Shown: piece after piece, positions 51,316 to 63,173 of the stretch | Layout of the letters: each line of letters starts with the position of its first letter | Numbering within the stretch: the first letter of the stretch is position 1 | Source of the DNA: Octopus bimaculoides | Taxonomy: Eukaryota | Length of the DNA: 64,000 bases | NCBI RefSeq assembly: GCF_001194135.2 | Contig: NC_068985.1 | Span: forward strand, 78,392,666-78,456,665 | Direction of reading: 5' to 3' | Made by a program: the position numbers and the translations under genes | Notes under the pieces: generated by a model | Database searches by the model: none | Told to the model about the DNA's origin: nothing | What the model saw: only the letters and a program-made list of their open reading frames with translations

Positions 51316-51604
51316 TTCCATGCTGACAATTTCTCAATTGTCTGTGATTTAAGAATCCGTGTTTAGAATTCCAGCTAAAATTTCGGCCAACTTAATAGGA
51401 ATAAATATATCATTTTTAGAGCCTTTCTGAAAATAATCCTGGGCTTATCACAAGAAAATACCAGAAAAGTCGCACAATATATTTAAGTTATTCTACCGGA
51501 AGTCTAATTTATATTCTAAGCCACAAGCTTTCAACTTGATTGAGTACCATCCACAGGCATACGTATATCAGTACTCATATATTTGAGGCATATCTCCTGA
51601 TATA
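51316..51604 (-). other. Candidate upstream exon of OGFr-like gene 1 (5'UTR plus ATG GAA, 'ME')
   Basis: Strong acceptor (ttccctctttggttctttatcttcttctataccag| at 51605); agcATGGAA|GTAACA at 51321-51310; phase 0 matches the phase-0 entry CCT GTG ATA ATG at 20799; conserved in the inverted copy at 42527. Splicing across 30 kb is inference. Confidence 0.35.
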
Positions 51605-52601
51605 CTGGTATAGAAGAAGATAAAGAACCAAAGAGGGAAAATATCAAAATGTTTTACGAATTATTAATGGTCGTGACAATAGCATGCTGCTTTACATTTT
51701 TAATATATTTTTGTGATGTGAGTATTGTTTTTGTTTTGTTGTTTTTTTATTTGCCTATTTATATGAAAATACTTTTATTTTTCTGTAATTTTAATCTGAA
51801 TTCTCCCTTCTTAAATATATCTAACCTTCAGCTAATATCATCCATAGATTCATAAATTTCACTCTTCAACTAACTATGGCTCTGTACGCGTTACCTCTGT
51901 TGGCGCACTGCATTTGCTTTCAGTCCTATGTTGCACACAACACAACACAATTCTCCTGAATCTCTCCATCTCAAACCGACGCACCCCACCATCTCACGCT
52001 CATAGAAGTTAAGTGCAAAAACTTCAGTGTAAAAATCTGACCGGCTCCTCCTCCCCCAAACGGCGTCCTCCATATCTAACCAGCCCCTCTTCTAAAGGAA
52101 CTTTTCAACCTTTCTCTCTTTCTTTGTAATCATACACTCATTTAAGAAAACATGTGACAGTTGTTCTTCGTCTCGAAGTCACTGCCGACTACCAGCGGGG
52201 TCTCTCGAATGAAGCATACCGATTGCCTGACTTCCGATACTTGAATGGTGGAGACAGTCATAAATAGCCATCTTATTTATCACAGTTGTCCTCTTTCACT
52301 TCTTAATAGCCATCAATGGATTTTCTTTAAAGCCATTTAAGCAAAGTACCGCCATTTCTATATCACAATACAGGTAATATTGCTCTTAATATTGACCTCA
52401 AATTTTGGCACAAGACTAGCAATTTCGGGGAAAGGGGTAAGTCGATTACATCAACCCCAGGTTCAGTACCAGGTTCTGGTACTGAAATACGTACCAGGTT
52501 CAACTGGTACTTATTTTATCGACCCTGAAAGAATAAAAGGGAAAGTCGACATCGGCGGAATTTGAACTCAGAGCGTAGAGATAAAATGCAGCTAAGCATT
52601 T

Positions 52602-53428
52602 GGATCTTTGGGGTTTGACGGGCAACATTTTTTATGTAGTGTTTTTGGTACCGAAACACTTTCAAACTTCGTATACTTGTATATTTTGTGGTATAGAACA
52701 GATAAAAAATTTTGTATTCGAAGTTATTTCACGTTAAAAATTGTCTTATTTCGATAATTTCAACTAATCACTGACGTCTATTCAGTTGAAAACAGTTAGT
52801 GCTGTAACGGTGTATATCGTATTAATCCCCGTTAGTTCTGCCATTTCCGATTAACTAGACTGTTCGTAAACAAAGGGGAAAAAGCCATCAAAATACTTGA
52901 ATATTGCCTGCACTTGTTATTGGAGCTGGCAGAATTATTAATGCACGTCCAAGTGCTTCATTTCCTAGAAATAGCAGCCAAATCTTCTTTAAATCAAACT
53001 CTAGTTTAGGGTTAGGGTTCGGGTTTTAGAGTTAGGGTTGGGGTTATGAGTGAAGTTATGGCAAAAATAATCATAACCCTAAAACTAACCCTAACTCTAG
53101 AATCCGAACTCTAAAATTGTTACACACACAGATATGCACAGCGTAATTTATTATATAAACAATATATGCGTATAAATTACGATTAAACCGGATGAAATAT
53201 GTCACAGGGAATAACATTTTTATGACCGGCAAGCGGTAACTGTATTCAGCTGAATAGACGTCAGTGATTGGTTGAAATTACAGAAATACGACAACTTCAA
53301 CATGAAATAACTTGCGATGTACAAAATTTTGTTAAGAAGGTTAAGAGAAGTTGTTTTATATGACACATTCTATCAGTGTCCCAAGTTTGAAAGTGTTTCG
53401 TTTGTTGCCTGTCAAACCCCAAAGATCC
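52602..53428. mobile_element. MITE with about 200-bp TIRs beginning GGATCTTTGGGG, 8-bp TSD AAGCATTT, internal inverted telomere-like repeats; inserted into an S2 SINE (Merlin-like by GG termini and 8-bp TSD)
   Basis: TSD at 52594-52601 and 53429-53436; the SINE halves join across it; TTAGGG-like tract at 53005-53046, CCCTAA-like tract at 53074-53113. Confidence 0.85.
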
Positions 53429-54229
53429 AAGCATTTTGCCCGGCGTGGTAACGATTATCCCAGCTCACCACCTTAGGTATTACTCTTAATATTAGCAAAA
53501 TTTTTCATTATGTCTCACATGCTAATCCGTTAAAATTTTTCCGCCTATAACCTACTTCACCATGTCGTTTTAGCAAACGATATAGTGGGAGTTTCATGTC
53601 AAACCACACCATATCTTTACAAAAGTGAAGTCGACTTATGTGAGATTTAAACTCCTTCTATGTGAGATTTAAACTCCTTCCGTTCTAATGCTAATTCGCC
53701 AGTAAACGTGCACCAATGCCATAAACTAAGAGTTTGTCTTCTTCAACATCATGGAAAGACATAGGACACAGTTGTGAAGAAAAGCATAACTACCGTCTAC
53801 ACTTTATTTATTCTCGAACAACTTACAACTAAAATTATCACTAATGCTAGGCTTCACAATCTCCGATGACCTTCAATGGCGAGCTTCTATCTATGACATT
53901 GCTAAAACTACGTTTCAAAAACTAGGGGTGGTTTTTCGGTTCCGAATAATTTCTGACTTAACAGAAGTGTGAGCAGTATTAGAGTATGGCCAATATATTT
54001 TGGGACAGCACAGTTTCTACACACAAATACATGCAAATGGCCTCAATCGGATGCCATTTGGTAAATTATCAAACCCTCATTCACCGATACATTACAAGAT
54101 TTACTATGTCATCTCTGTCCTTTATTCATTCTTCTCCTCCCCCTCTTCCTTTTCTTCCTTCTCCTATTCCTCCACCTCTTCATCTCTTCCTCTTCTACTC
54201 TTCCTCCTCCTCTTCTTCTTCTTCTGCTT

Positions 54230-54235
54230 ATTATT

Positions 54236-54271
<36 letters not shown>

Positions 54272-54620
54272 ATCTTATCTCAAGGAGGAGGAAGAGGGGG
54301 CGAAAGAGGAGGAGGAGGAGGAAGAGGAAGAGGAGGCGGCGGCCGTGGTGGTGGTGGTGGTGGTGGCCATGGTGGTGGTGGTGNNNNNNNNNNNNNNNNN
54401 NNNNNNNNNNNNNNNNNNNNNNNNNNNNNNNNNNNNNNNNNNNNNNNNNNNNNNNNNNNNNNNNNNNNNNNNNNNNNNNNNNNNNNNNNNNNNNNNNNNN
54501 NNNNNNNNNNNNNNNNNNNNNNNNNNNNNNNNNNNNNNNNNNNNNNNNNNNNNNNNNNNNNNNNNNNNNNNNNNNNNNNNNNNNNNNGAGGAGGAGGAGG
54601 AGGAGGAGGAGGAGGAGGAA
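54230..54620. repeat. Compound (GTT)n/(GGA)n/(GGT)n microsatellite spanning a gap
   Basis: Read directly. Confidence 0.9.
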
Positions 54621-55759
54621 TAACATGTAAAGATAATGATGGTAATGTGTTTGATATTTCAGATTTATCCACAGCCGCCGCAACTATTCAGATTTCCATT
54701 TTGACCTGGTGAGTAATTTATGCTTTGTTTTGTTTTATTTTTACATTGTAGTTACATAACTGAAGTTTGTAGTACATTGTAGTAACATAACTGAAGGAAT
54801 TTATAGTTACATGCTTTCAATACTGTATATAGCTACAAATTTGACACACACACACACTATGATTATATATTGTATATAATACATAATTTCATATAACGTT
54901 ATGTCCTGGGATAGGTCAATCATCTTCTCCAGCAGCATTCTCGTATAGAACTCATCCGATGCGGCTGGGATATTTTTGTTGAGTTTTCCAGATCATACAA
55001 TTCCATAGTGGTAAAGAATGGTAAAGAGATGTACAGTATGTATCTGTGGAGAGTCTTCAATGAATTTGAAGTGCGCACTGCCAGAGAAAACAGTTACAGT
55101 TCCTCTCCGTAATACGTTAGAACGTGTAAGTCGTCTAAAAATCTGTAAGTTAGATAAATAGGCACTCGTATATTTGTCTGTGGAGTGATCATATTGATCT
55201 TTATATTCTAATACAGAGAGATATAACAGGGTGACGCCGTAGTAGGCTGGTGAAAGGGGGTGCTACGCTAAGAGAAGTAAAGCTGAGCTAGGAGGAAAGA
55301 ATGAACAGGTAGAAGGAGGAGGTGACACTTACAGGGTTAGGGGTTTATCGATGGGGAAACCAAAGACTAAGAGTGAAAGATGGTAGAATTGAGCAATGAA
55401 GAGAAAATTGTGGAGACTGACAAATTGAAAAATTGAAAAATGAAGAATTAAAAACGAAAAGAGAAAATTATTTTTAAAAACTCTTAAAAAATTAGAAATG
55501 AAATTAAGATGAAAAGATGACAAAAAACTGAGGTATTGATATAAATATATTATATGAACACTGAACAGTGAGAAGGTCTTTGGAAATCCTCGTTTGAGAA
55601 AACCTAGGAGGTTTGTTTTGTTTTGTTTTTTTGTCGAATTTTTAAACTTCAAAGATTCAAAAGTTTCAAAAGTTTAGAAAGTTTAAAAGGTCTAGCGGTT
55701 TTTGAGATATACATAGACAGATATTTGCATACATGCAGGTTTGCGACGTGTATATCACG

Positions 55760-56400
55760 GAACCGAAGCAGTTAAAGCCACGGAAGATACCCGCTGCGGT
55801 TGGTAGTATTGTGGTAGATGATGCGCTGATACGTTGTGCATTGCTTCACTCCGTATGTCATTTGTAAGCAACATAGTCTAAATCAGGAACTTAAGCTTCA
55901 CGAATTCGAACTGTGCCATAATACCACGGAAGCAACCAAAAATGTCTGTTGCACAAAGGGTGGAGGCGCAGTTGATCGCAGATGGTTCGAGAAATTTCGC
56001 TCGGGATGCAAGAACATCGATGATCAGACACGGTCAGGTAGGCCTCAAAAAGTGGATTCTGAAGCCGTGCTCCAAACCATAGAGGCAAGCCTAGCGAGTA
56101 GAACTCGGATAGTATCAGATGAGCTCGGGATTTCAAGGTTGTATGTCACTGTGTGGCAAAAATACCCGGCATTGTTTAACAGAAAGTGAGCTCTTCTGCG
56201 GCAAGACAACGCAAGACCTCATACCGCTCGAACCACCCGGGATGAACTCCAGGAACTTGGGGAAATCGAATTGATGTCCACACCCATCATATAGCTCGGG
56301 CCTAGCTCCCTCAGATTGTTTTTCTGATGAGAAAATGACCGACTCGTGTAAATCCTAAAGTAGCTCTAACTTGAATAAACTCGCCTTTAAATAACTGTTG
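55760..56400 (+). mobile_element. mariner transposon remnant (same family as 23830-24645, opposite orientation)
   Basis: LHEFELCHNTTEATKNVCCTKGGGAV..WFEKFRSG..DDQTRSGRP; PHPSYSSGLAPSD. Confidence 0.85.
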
Positions 56401-56562
56401 ACCTAGAAGGTTCTAGAATCCTTTTAGCGGAGAAAACTTGTATGCTTTCTATGTAATTGCGGCTTTAGCCATAAGCCAAGTAGTACTAATTGGTCAAATC
56501 CTATTCGAGTAGACGAATAAGATTTTTGGCAACACTTTTCTTTATGGAAATATATTAAGCCG

Positions 56563-56951
56563 TGGTGGAGGCGCAATGGCCCAGTGGTTAGGGCAGCGGA
56601 CTCGCGGTCATAGGATCGCGGTTTCGATTCCCAGACCGGACGTTGTGAGTGTTTCTTGAGCGAAAACACCTAAAGCTCCACGAGGCTCCGGCAGGGTATG
56701 ATGGCGAACCCTGCTGTACTCTTCCACCACAACTTTCTCTCACTCTTTCTTCCTGTTTCTCTTGTGTCTGTAATTCAAAGGGTCAACCTTGTCACACTGT
56801 GTCACGCTGAATATCCCCGAGAACTACGTTAAGGGTACACGTGTCTGCGGAGTGCTCAGCCACTTGCACGTTAATTTCACGAGCAGGCTGTTCCATTGAT
56901 CAGATCAACTGGAACCCTCGACGTCGTAAGCGACGGAGTGCCAACAACAAC
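56563..56951 (+). mobile_element. Long tRNA-derived SINE family S3, copy 2
   Basis: High similarity to 27841-28227. Confidence 0.88.
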
Positions 56952-57699
56952 ATAATAACGAGCGAAAAGCCGCTGAGCAATTTGTCCGGCATACTAATTA
57001 TCGACCCCAGTACTTGACTGGTCGTTATTTTATCGACCCCTAAAGAATGAGAATCAAAGTCGGCCTCGGCAGAATTTGAAGTCAGAGCGTAAAGACGGAC
57101 GAAATACCGATGAGCATTTTGTCCGAAGTACTAACTGTTCTGCCAGCACGTTGCCTTCGGTACAAATGATATATGAACAAAATGCAGAAACCAGACCAAG
57201 GCATTCATATTACGTATTGCTCAAAGATAGCTCAGCTGGACACAACCCACAGCCTATGAATGACACTTCTAATTCAGCAGCGCAACAGAATCAGTTCACT
57301 CTCTGTGCACAACACGTGTTCTGTACAATAACTACCTAATAAAATAAGACAACTCACACAACATATTCTCTATTGCATCACGACTAAACAACATAACGCA
57401 GTGTATACTCTACGGAATCACTACCCAGTAAAATAACACAACACATATTTGATACTTGGTATTGTAGCACAAACAGCTCACACATTCTAAGCAGTCTCTA
57501 CCCATTAATATAAAACAATCCATATAAGGCGGCAAGCTGACTGAATCGTTAGCACGCCGGACAAGATGCTTTGCGGCATTTCGTCCGTCTTTACGCTCTG
57601 TGTTCAAATTCAGTCGAGTTCGACTTTGCCTTTCATCCTTTCGAGTCCTAGGATTCGATGTGGTGGTGGTGGTGGTGGTGGTGGTGGCAGTGACATGCT

Positions 57700-60600
57700 A
57701 AGCATGCACCAATTCATTCATCTCTGATAACTTTATTGGAGAGCAAGACTTTCTCTTCAAGGGATACTTGAAGTTGAAGAGACACTGACAGATGATGGCA
57801 GTCACTCGTAGTCCGACAAAGACGGTTTTGCAATTTCTTGTGAAGAACTTGCACAAATGATTTGTTAATTGTGCACGTGCTGTACATTACTTCACTCCTT
57901 CCATCAAACTAAACTCGGCTGAATAGAGTTGCACGTTGTACCAGACATCAGTTGTCGACATGATCGCAGAGCAACATGAGACGAAGTTTTTTGCTCAAGA
58001 ACCACCCAGTCCAGGAATTGATATCACAATCACTCGATCGTGAATACAACACCCTAACCACTAATCTATGCGCCTTCGACGAGAGACTTACTATAGCACT
58101 CTCAATCGTGCACCAAACTAATTCTTTCGTCATAGAACCGAGCAACAGAAAGTTGCCTGTCTGCTTATTACAAAAAGAAGGTGGTGGCAGTGGTGGGGAT
58201 ATCTTTACACTGGAGTTCGTTCAACAGCAACGTCCATCGACCGTCTCACATGCAACAGCAGCAGTTCGTCATACAATATACCTTGTATAACAGCTGATGT
58301 AAGTGTTCATCACCTCTGCCTGACCTTTCAAGTATAGCTTTCTCCCGGCCTATTACTGAGTGAGATTGGCTACCCTGCTTGTCACCTCATCTTAGTATTC
58401 CTCCAGTTGGAGATTTGGTCTAAGCCAGATTCCAATCAGTTTAACCTATCCATCCGTCCAGCGTCCTCTGACGCTGTTGGATGGTACGAGCCTGTCTCCA
58501 TTCAGGTGCCGAACTGCGGACCTGCTTATTTTCTTGGTTGACTTTTAATTCTGTCACCACCTCACTGTCCCTTAGAGTTGTGCTGAACGCATCTATGTGT
58601 CAGGTGTCCGACACTATGACTCGTCTGCCTTTGCCGAATAGATTCTTCCACACTAGTTAGTGTGGGTTTGCACCACAACGACTCTGGTTTCTACAATAGC
58701 GGCTCAAGAGTAACTAAAGAGGGAAGAGTTTTGACGGATCGTGTGCATGACACTGAAAATGGTTCTGATAGGTGACTATTCACGCTAAGCACTGAGCAGA
58801 TATCGCTGTACATTGCGGCAATCCGATTGCGGAAGATTGGGCCGAAACCTGTCGCCGTAGGAAATGCCGCCAAGCTTTGGCGGGCGACTCTAGCGAAAGC
58901 TTTTGATTGATCTAAACTGATCAGTCTCTTCTACCCAGGTTAGGTTATTTACACAAGCTCTCTCTGATGTATCGCATGAGGTGGAGACTGTCGGAGATAG
59001 ATTTCTTCGGATGGTATATGATTGCGCATCACCAGTCTGACAATCGACAAAAAACACCGACCTCTTTCCAAACATCCTGGCCAAAATTTTTAAATCTGTG
59101 TTTAATAGTTATGGACCATCGGTTGCGAAGGCTTTCTTAAGCGATGAAATATCTACCAAGAGGTTCTCAAACAAGTCTGAAATATAGAAATAAAGCTCAT
59201 AAGGCAAAACATCCAGTCTACACTATTCCTCTCTGCTGGCCTACAAGATACTCTACATCAGCGGTTCCCAACGTTTTTTGCACTCGCGACTCCCTACTAT
59301 TAGTTGATAACTGAAATTAATATTATCCCAGCCACTTCTGACAAGGCTACGCGACACCCCTGCCAAGGCTTCGCGACCCCCAGGGTTGGGAACCACTGGT
59401 TGGGAACCACTGGTTGGGAACCACTGGTTGGGAACCACTGGTTGGGAACTCCTGTTCTACACAGATACGATCTGGATGACGGTACATTCAGCCGTGTTCC
59501 TATTAGCGTATCCAGGAAATCCATTCGGTACCTCTCAGACAGTTGAAAATTTCTGATTAGGTTTACGAGGCTTTTGTACCCATTCGTTTATTGGCTGGCT
59601 CCACACGATCGCTGTGTGGATCCAAGACACCGTTCTATTTGCCTGCTAGTACGAAACCGTGACATACCTAGGAAGGCCCCCAGACGGCTGGAAAAAAGTC
59701 TTCCCTCACTCCTACCCCTATCGAGATATAAACAGCAACTACTCTGAAGGCATAGCCTCTACTACAGGTCACTCCAAACACCACTGAACTTAACTTCTGT
59801 GTCCAGGAAGCTGGTCCGTCCCCAGTATTCAGCCCTTTCCAAAGCAACATAGTTATTCCGCCATTCTTTCCCGGCAGGCTTGGAGATGCGTACAACTCGT
59901 AGCTGCCGAAGATAGGCATGAATTCTCGTGCCTCAGAAATTCTGATCTTGGTTATAACCACCACATCTTTATATTATTATCCTGGGGTCGTTGAGCAGGG
60001 GATCCTTCTTCCAAGCGTCCCCGGGCCACTTGCATTCATGCTGCTTCTTCTGAGTACGATTATGTTCAACAAGAGGAAAAGCGAGAAGAAACACTTTCTG
60101 TCTGTTAGGAGGACAGATGTGCCATACTTCCAGTTATTTGTAGTTGTTACCGCACGCATTTCTTTAAAGAGTTTTCATATCCATCGGGAATCTCCCATTC
60201 CCTTTAGATATTTTGTTTTCAGTTTGTTCCAAGTTTCTTACGTTGTTTTACTAATTCTTATATGAGTTGCTTTGTTATGTGGGGACTGTAATGTACTCAT
60301 TGTGAGTAATATTTGCGTATTGATATATATGTTTCATTAGGTCCTTGTTGTTTGTGTCTATAGTTGATGATGCTTAATGTTTGTTCGGTTAGGATGTACT
60401 GTTCAAGTAGTTGATGCGGATGGGCTGCGCTTTCGTTTGTTGTGGTGTTTGTAATGTCAATGAATTTTCTATTGTTGGAGTTGTTTGTGACTATGTTGGT
60501 ATTAGGAGCAGGAATGTGTGATTGTTTATCAGTTTCTGTACTTCCTCCTTTAAGATGTTCGTTTTTAGTTCGGCACAATGTTTTACACTTTCCATTTTTT

Positions 60601-60985
60601 TCTCTTCCTCTTCACAACTATCTATTCAAATTGATTTTCCTTGCAAGGAGATTTTGTTGTTAGAGGAATCTGTGGCAGAGGAAAAAGTGTGTATGCGCAA
60701 TCGAATATATATATGTTTGTAGTCTATCTGGTATGGGCGAGGGTTCTTTGGATTGTGTTGGTGTTGACAATGTTTTTGTCCTGGATTATGGCGTTGGATG
60801 TTGAGTGTATTTTCTTGTTTCTTTTAGTGTTGTTGCTTCTGTTTTTGGTGTTACCGCTTTTAGTTCTGCTACAGTTGGTGCTGTGGTTGTTGATGATGCT
60901 GTTTTTATCGCTAATGTTGATATTGTGGTGAGGATATCGGTACATGTACAAAAATTTCCTATTTTTACTCTATGTATCTCTATTT
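57700..60985 (-). mobile_element. Second decayed Tx1/L1-like LINE, related to 45390-49690, opposite orientation
   Basis: APE-like VVITKIR..ELYASPSLPGKNGGITMLLWK..AFRVVAVY; 58400-58560 homologous to 48960-49140 (RGRWTDG.VKL); AAC-rich ORF1. Confidence 0.8.
59259..59454. mobile_element. hAT MITE inside the Tx1-like LINE, right TIR present as five tandem 14-bp units
   Basis: Left cagcggttcccaac; (gttgggaaccactg)x4 at 59385-59440 plus gttgggaactcctg; flanks ctctacat / ttctacac (6/8). Confidence 0.8.
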
Positions 60986-62962
60986 AAACTGAAGATATAT
61001 CTCACTACTGTACTAAACGTTCATCTCTCCTTCTTTCTCGTGTAAACATCAAGACCAAGACCGCAAACTACAAATGACGACGATGGTTTCTCTCAGATAT
61101 TTGACTTGAATTTACTATGCAAGAAAAGAACACAGTTTCTCATACAGCTGGAATTTATACAAGCTTGTAGCATATACCCAAATATCTTTGGAGCAGTACT
61201 GAATACCAACATTGAGCATACAATGGAAAATGAAATGAATGTAGCCGCTTCAAAAAGGAATCAACTCAATCATGTAAATTACATCCAACACTTAACTGTT
61301 ACATATTGAATGTTGTAAAAAAAAATAATAAAAACATAACCTAAAAGTTTTAGTCTTTGTGTTTTTGAAGAACACGATGTTATAATGTCTCTTTTTGGAG
61401 TTGGGATGTATTATATGTGTGTACAATTACACACACACACACACACACACGCACACACACGCACACACATATGCGCGCGCGCACATATTTATTGAAGTTA
61501 AAAATGCACTTGAAGTCTTTTAATTTATTTTATTTACCCAGCCGGTTTCACAACTTTGTGATACGCATGTATTTTACAAAGTAAATGAGGTTACATAAAG
61601 AACAGAGAGGAAACTTTCAACTCTTAAACCATTATACACAAGTTTTTAGAGAATCTATTCTTTTGATACGTTGTTTTTAGACGCATGATTATTCTTTTCT
61701 ATGACTGCGTATGTAGTAAATATATAAAAATAAATATAAATTGGAAGATGTAATGAAGTCTTTCAATCCTATATTTTCCCATTTTCTCACGTTGTCCTAA
61801 CCAAATAATAATCATATTCCATTTCGACCCAGTTTGTTTTTCATCATAAAACACGTTTTATTCACCGTACTTGTTCAGTAGTACATCAATTTAGCGAAAA
61901 ACAAGACCTTGATATTTTGGTGAATTTATTAGCTGCACATTAGTCCAAATGTTTACTAATGAATATTTGCCGGGTACTTTTCTGGAATTTCGTATTTGTT
62001 GATGAACAGCCATTTTCCATTAAAGTCAATCCCGTTTGTCCCGTGCAATTGTCATGACATCGGTCACATCTAAGAATATAAATTAAATTTCTAATGCACA
62101 GGTGAAGCGATTATGTGAAGTATAAATGCAGATATTTAAATTCATAAGCAAAGTTACACCTTCAATATATTGGTTTCAAATTTTGGCACTAATATATTGG
62201 TTTCAATTTCGGAGGAGGGGGAGAGTCGATTACATCGACCCCTATGTTCGACTGGTACTTATTTTATCAACCCCAGAAGGACGATAGGCAAGGTCGACGA
62301 AATACCGCTGCACATTTTGCCCGGCCTGTTAACAGTTCTGCTAGCTAGCCGCCTTACACCTTTAATATACTAATATAGGTTCCTCAACTAGGCCACCAAC
62401 TCTCTTTCTCCCTCTCTCTCTCTCACTTATTCTCTCTCCTCCATCCCCACCCGCTTTACTCATATGTCTGTTTTCCTGTTCGTCTTCTGCTTTTCTGCTT
62501 TTAATCTTCAGCATGGCCTTTCTTCTTGCCAGGGAAATAACTCTTTGATCATCAACCATGAGTTACAGTACCAACGCTATAAACACTTAATTACAATTTT
62601 GCTTTCCTTTTTTGATAAAAAATCTTTTATTTACTTTACTGAAAGGCTTTGTGCACAATACTTCCTCAGCAGCCATCTTTATCTTGTTCAACATAAGTTC
62701 CAAACATCTGACGAGCGTAAGTCTTTCGACCTTACGCAAATCTTGAAGACATGTATGAATGTTCGTTTAGTATGATCGTCATTAAATTATACTATACAAC
62801 CTCGTTATTTCGTGTAATTGCGTACCTTTCTTTTACTATGAACTGTAACCGACCTCTCTTTCACATATGTTCTAGAATTATGTATTTCTGCATATTGACG
62901 AAGCGTTACTCAGCTTAAAACAATGGTGTGTTTCATACTGTCGTTGATAGTCTTTTAGTATT

Positions 62963-63173
62963 TCAGTTATCAAGTAAATTCTGCAACTGAAATTGCTCTC
63001 GCCTGCTCAGTTGCGGAATCCAATAATCGTTTATTGATTCTTCGGCCTTTGGTAGTAATTGAAATCGAACCATATCTGCGAGAAATTTGACGAAGAACAC
63101 TGCTTGTACTTGGAAATCCAGATATCTGAGAGATTCTACCATTCTCGTAATCCGTTTAAAGTTGTTTGGGTAT
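62963..63173 (-). CDS. OGFr-like paralogue 2, terminal coding exon (YPNNFKRITRMVESLRYLDF...DYWIPQLSRREQFQLQNLLDN*); upstream exons probably lie beyond the window
   Basis: Acceptor tttaatttcactttcag|A with the same phase 2 as the gene 1 last exon; gapless alignment to that exon (12/54 identical, including P-x-N, TR, SL, L, V-x-F, W); AATAAA at 62631-62626. Confidence 0.85.

Noticed and set aside
53005-53113. Chromosome-fusion (head-to-head telomere) scar
   Set aside because: The repeats are short, degenerate and enclosed by TIRs and a TSD, so they belong to a MITE.
59385-59454. Short direct-repeat array resembling CRISPR
   Set aside because: No spacers, 14-bp unit equal to a hAT TIR, eukaryotic context.
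62700-62770. Hammerhead-ribozyme-like CTGACGA followed by a perfect 7-bp stem (gcgtaag/cttacgc)
   Set aside because: The stem is followed by AAA rather than GAAA, and I could not build stem III with an NUH cleavage triplet.
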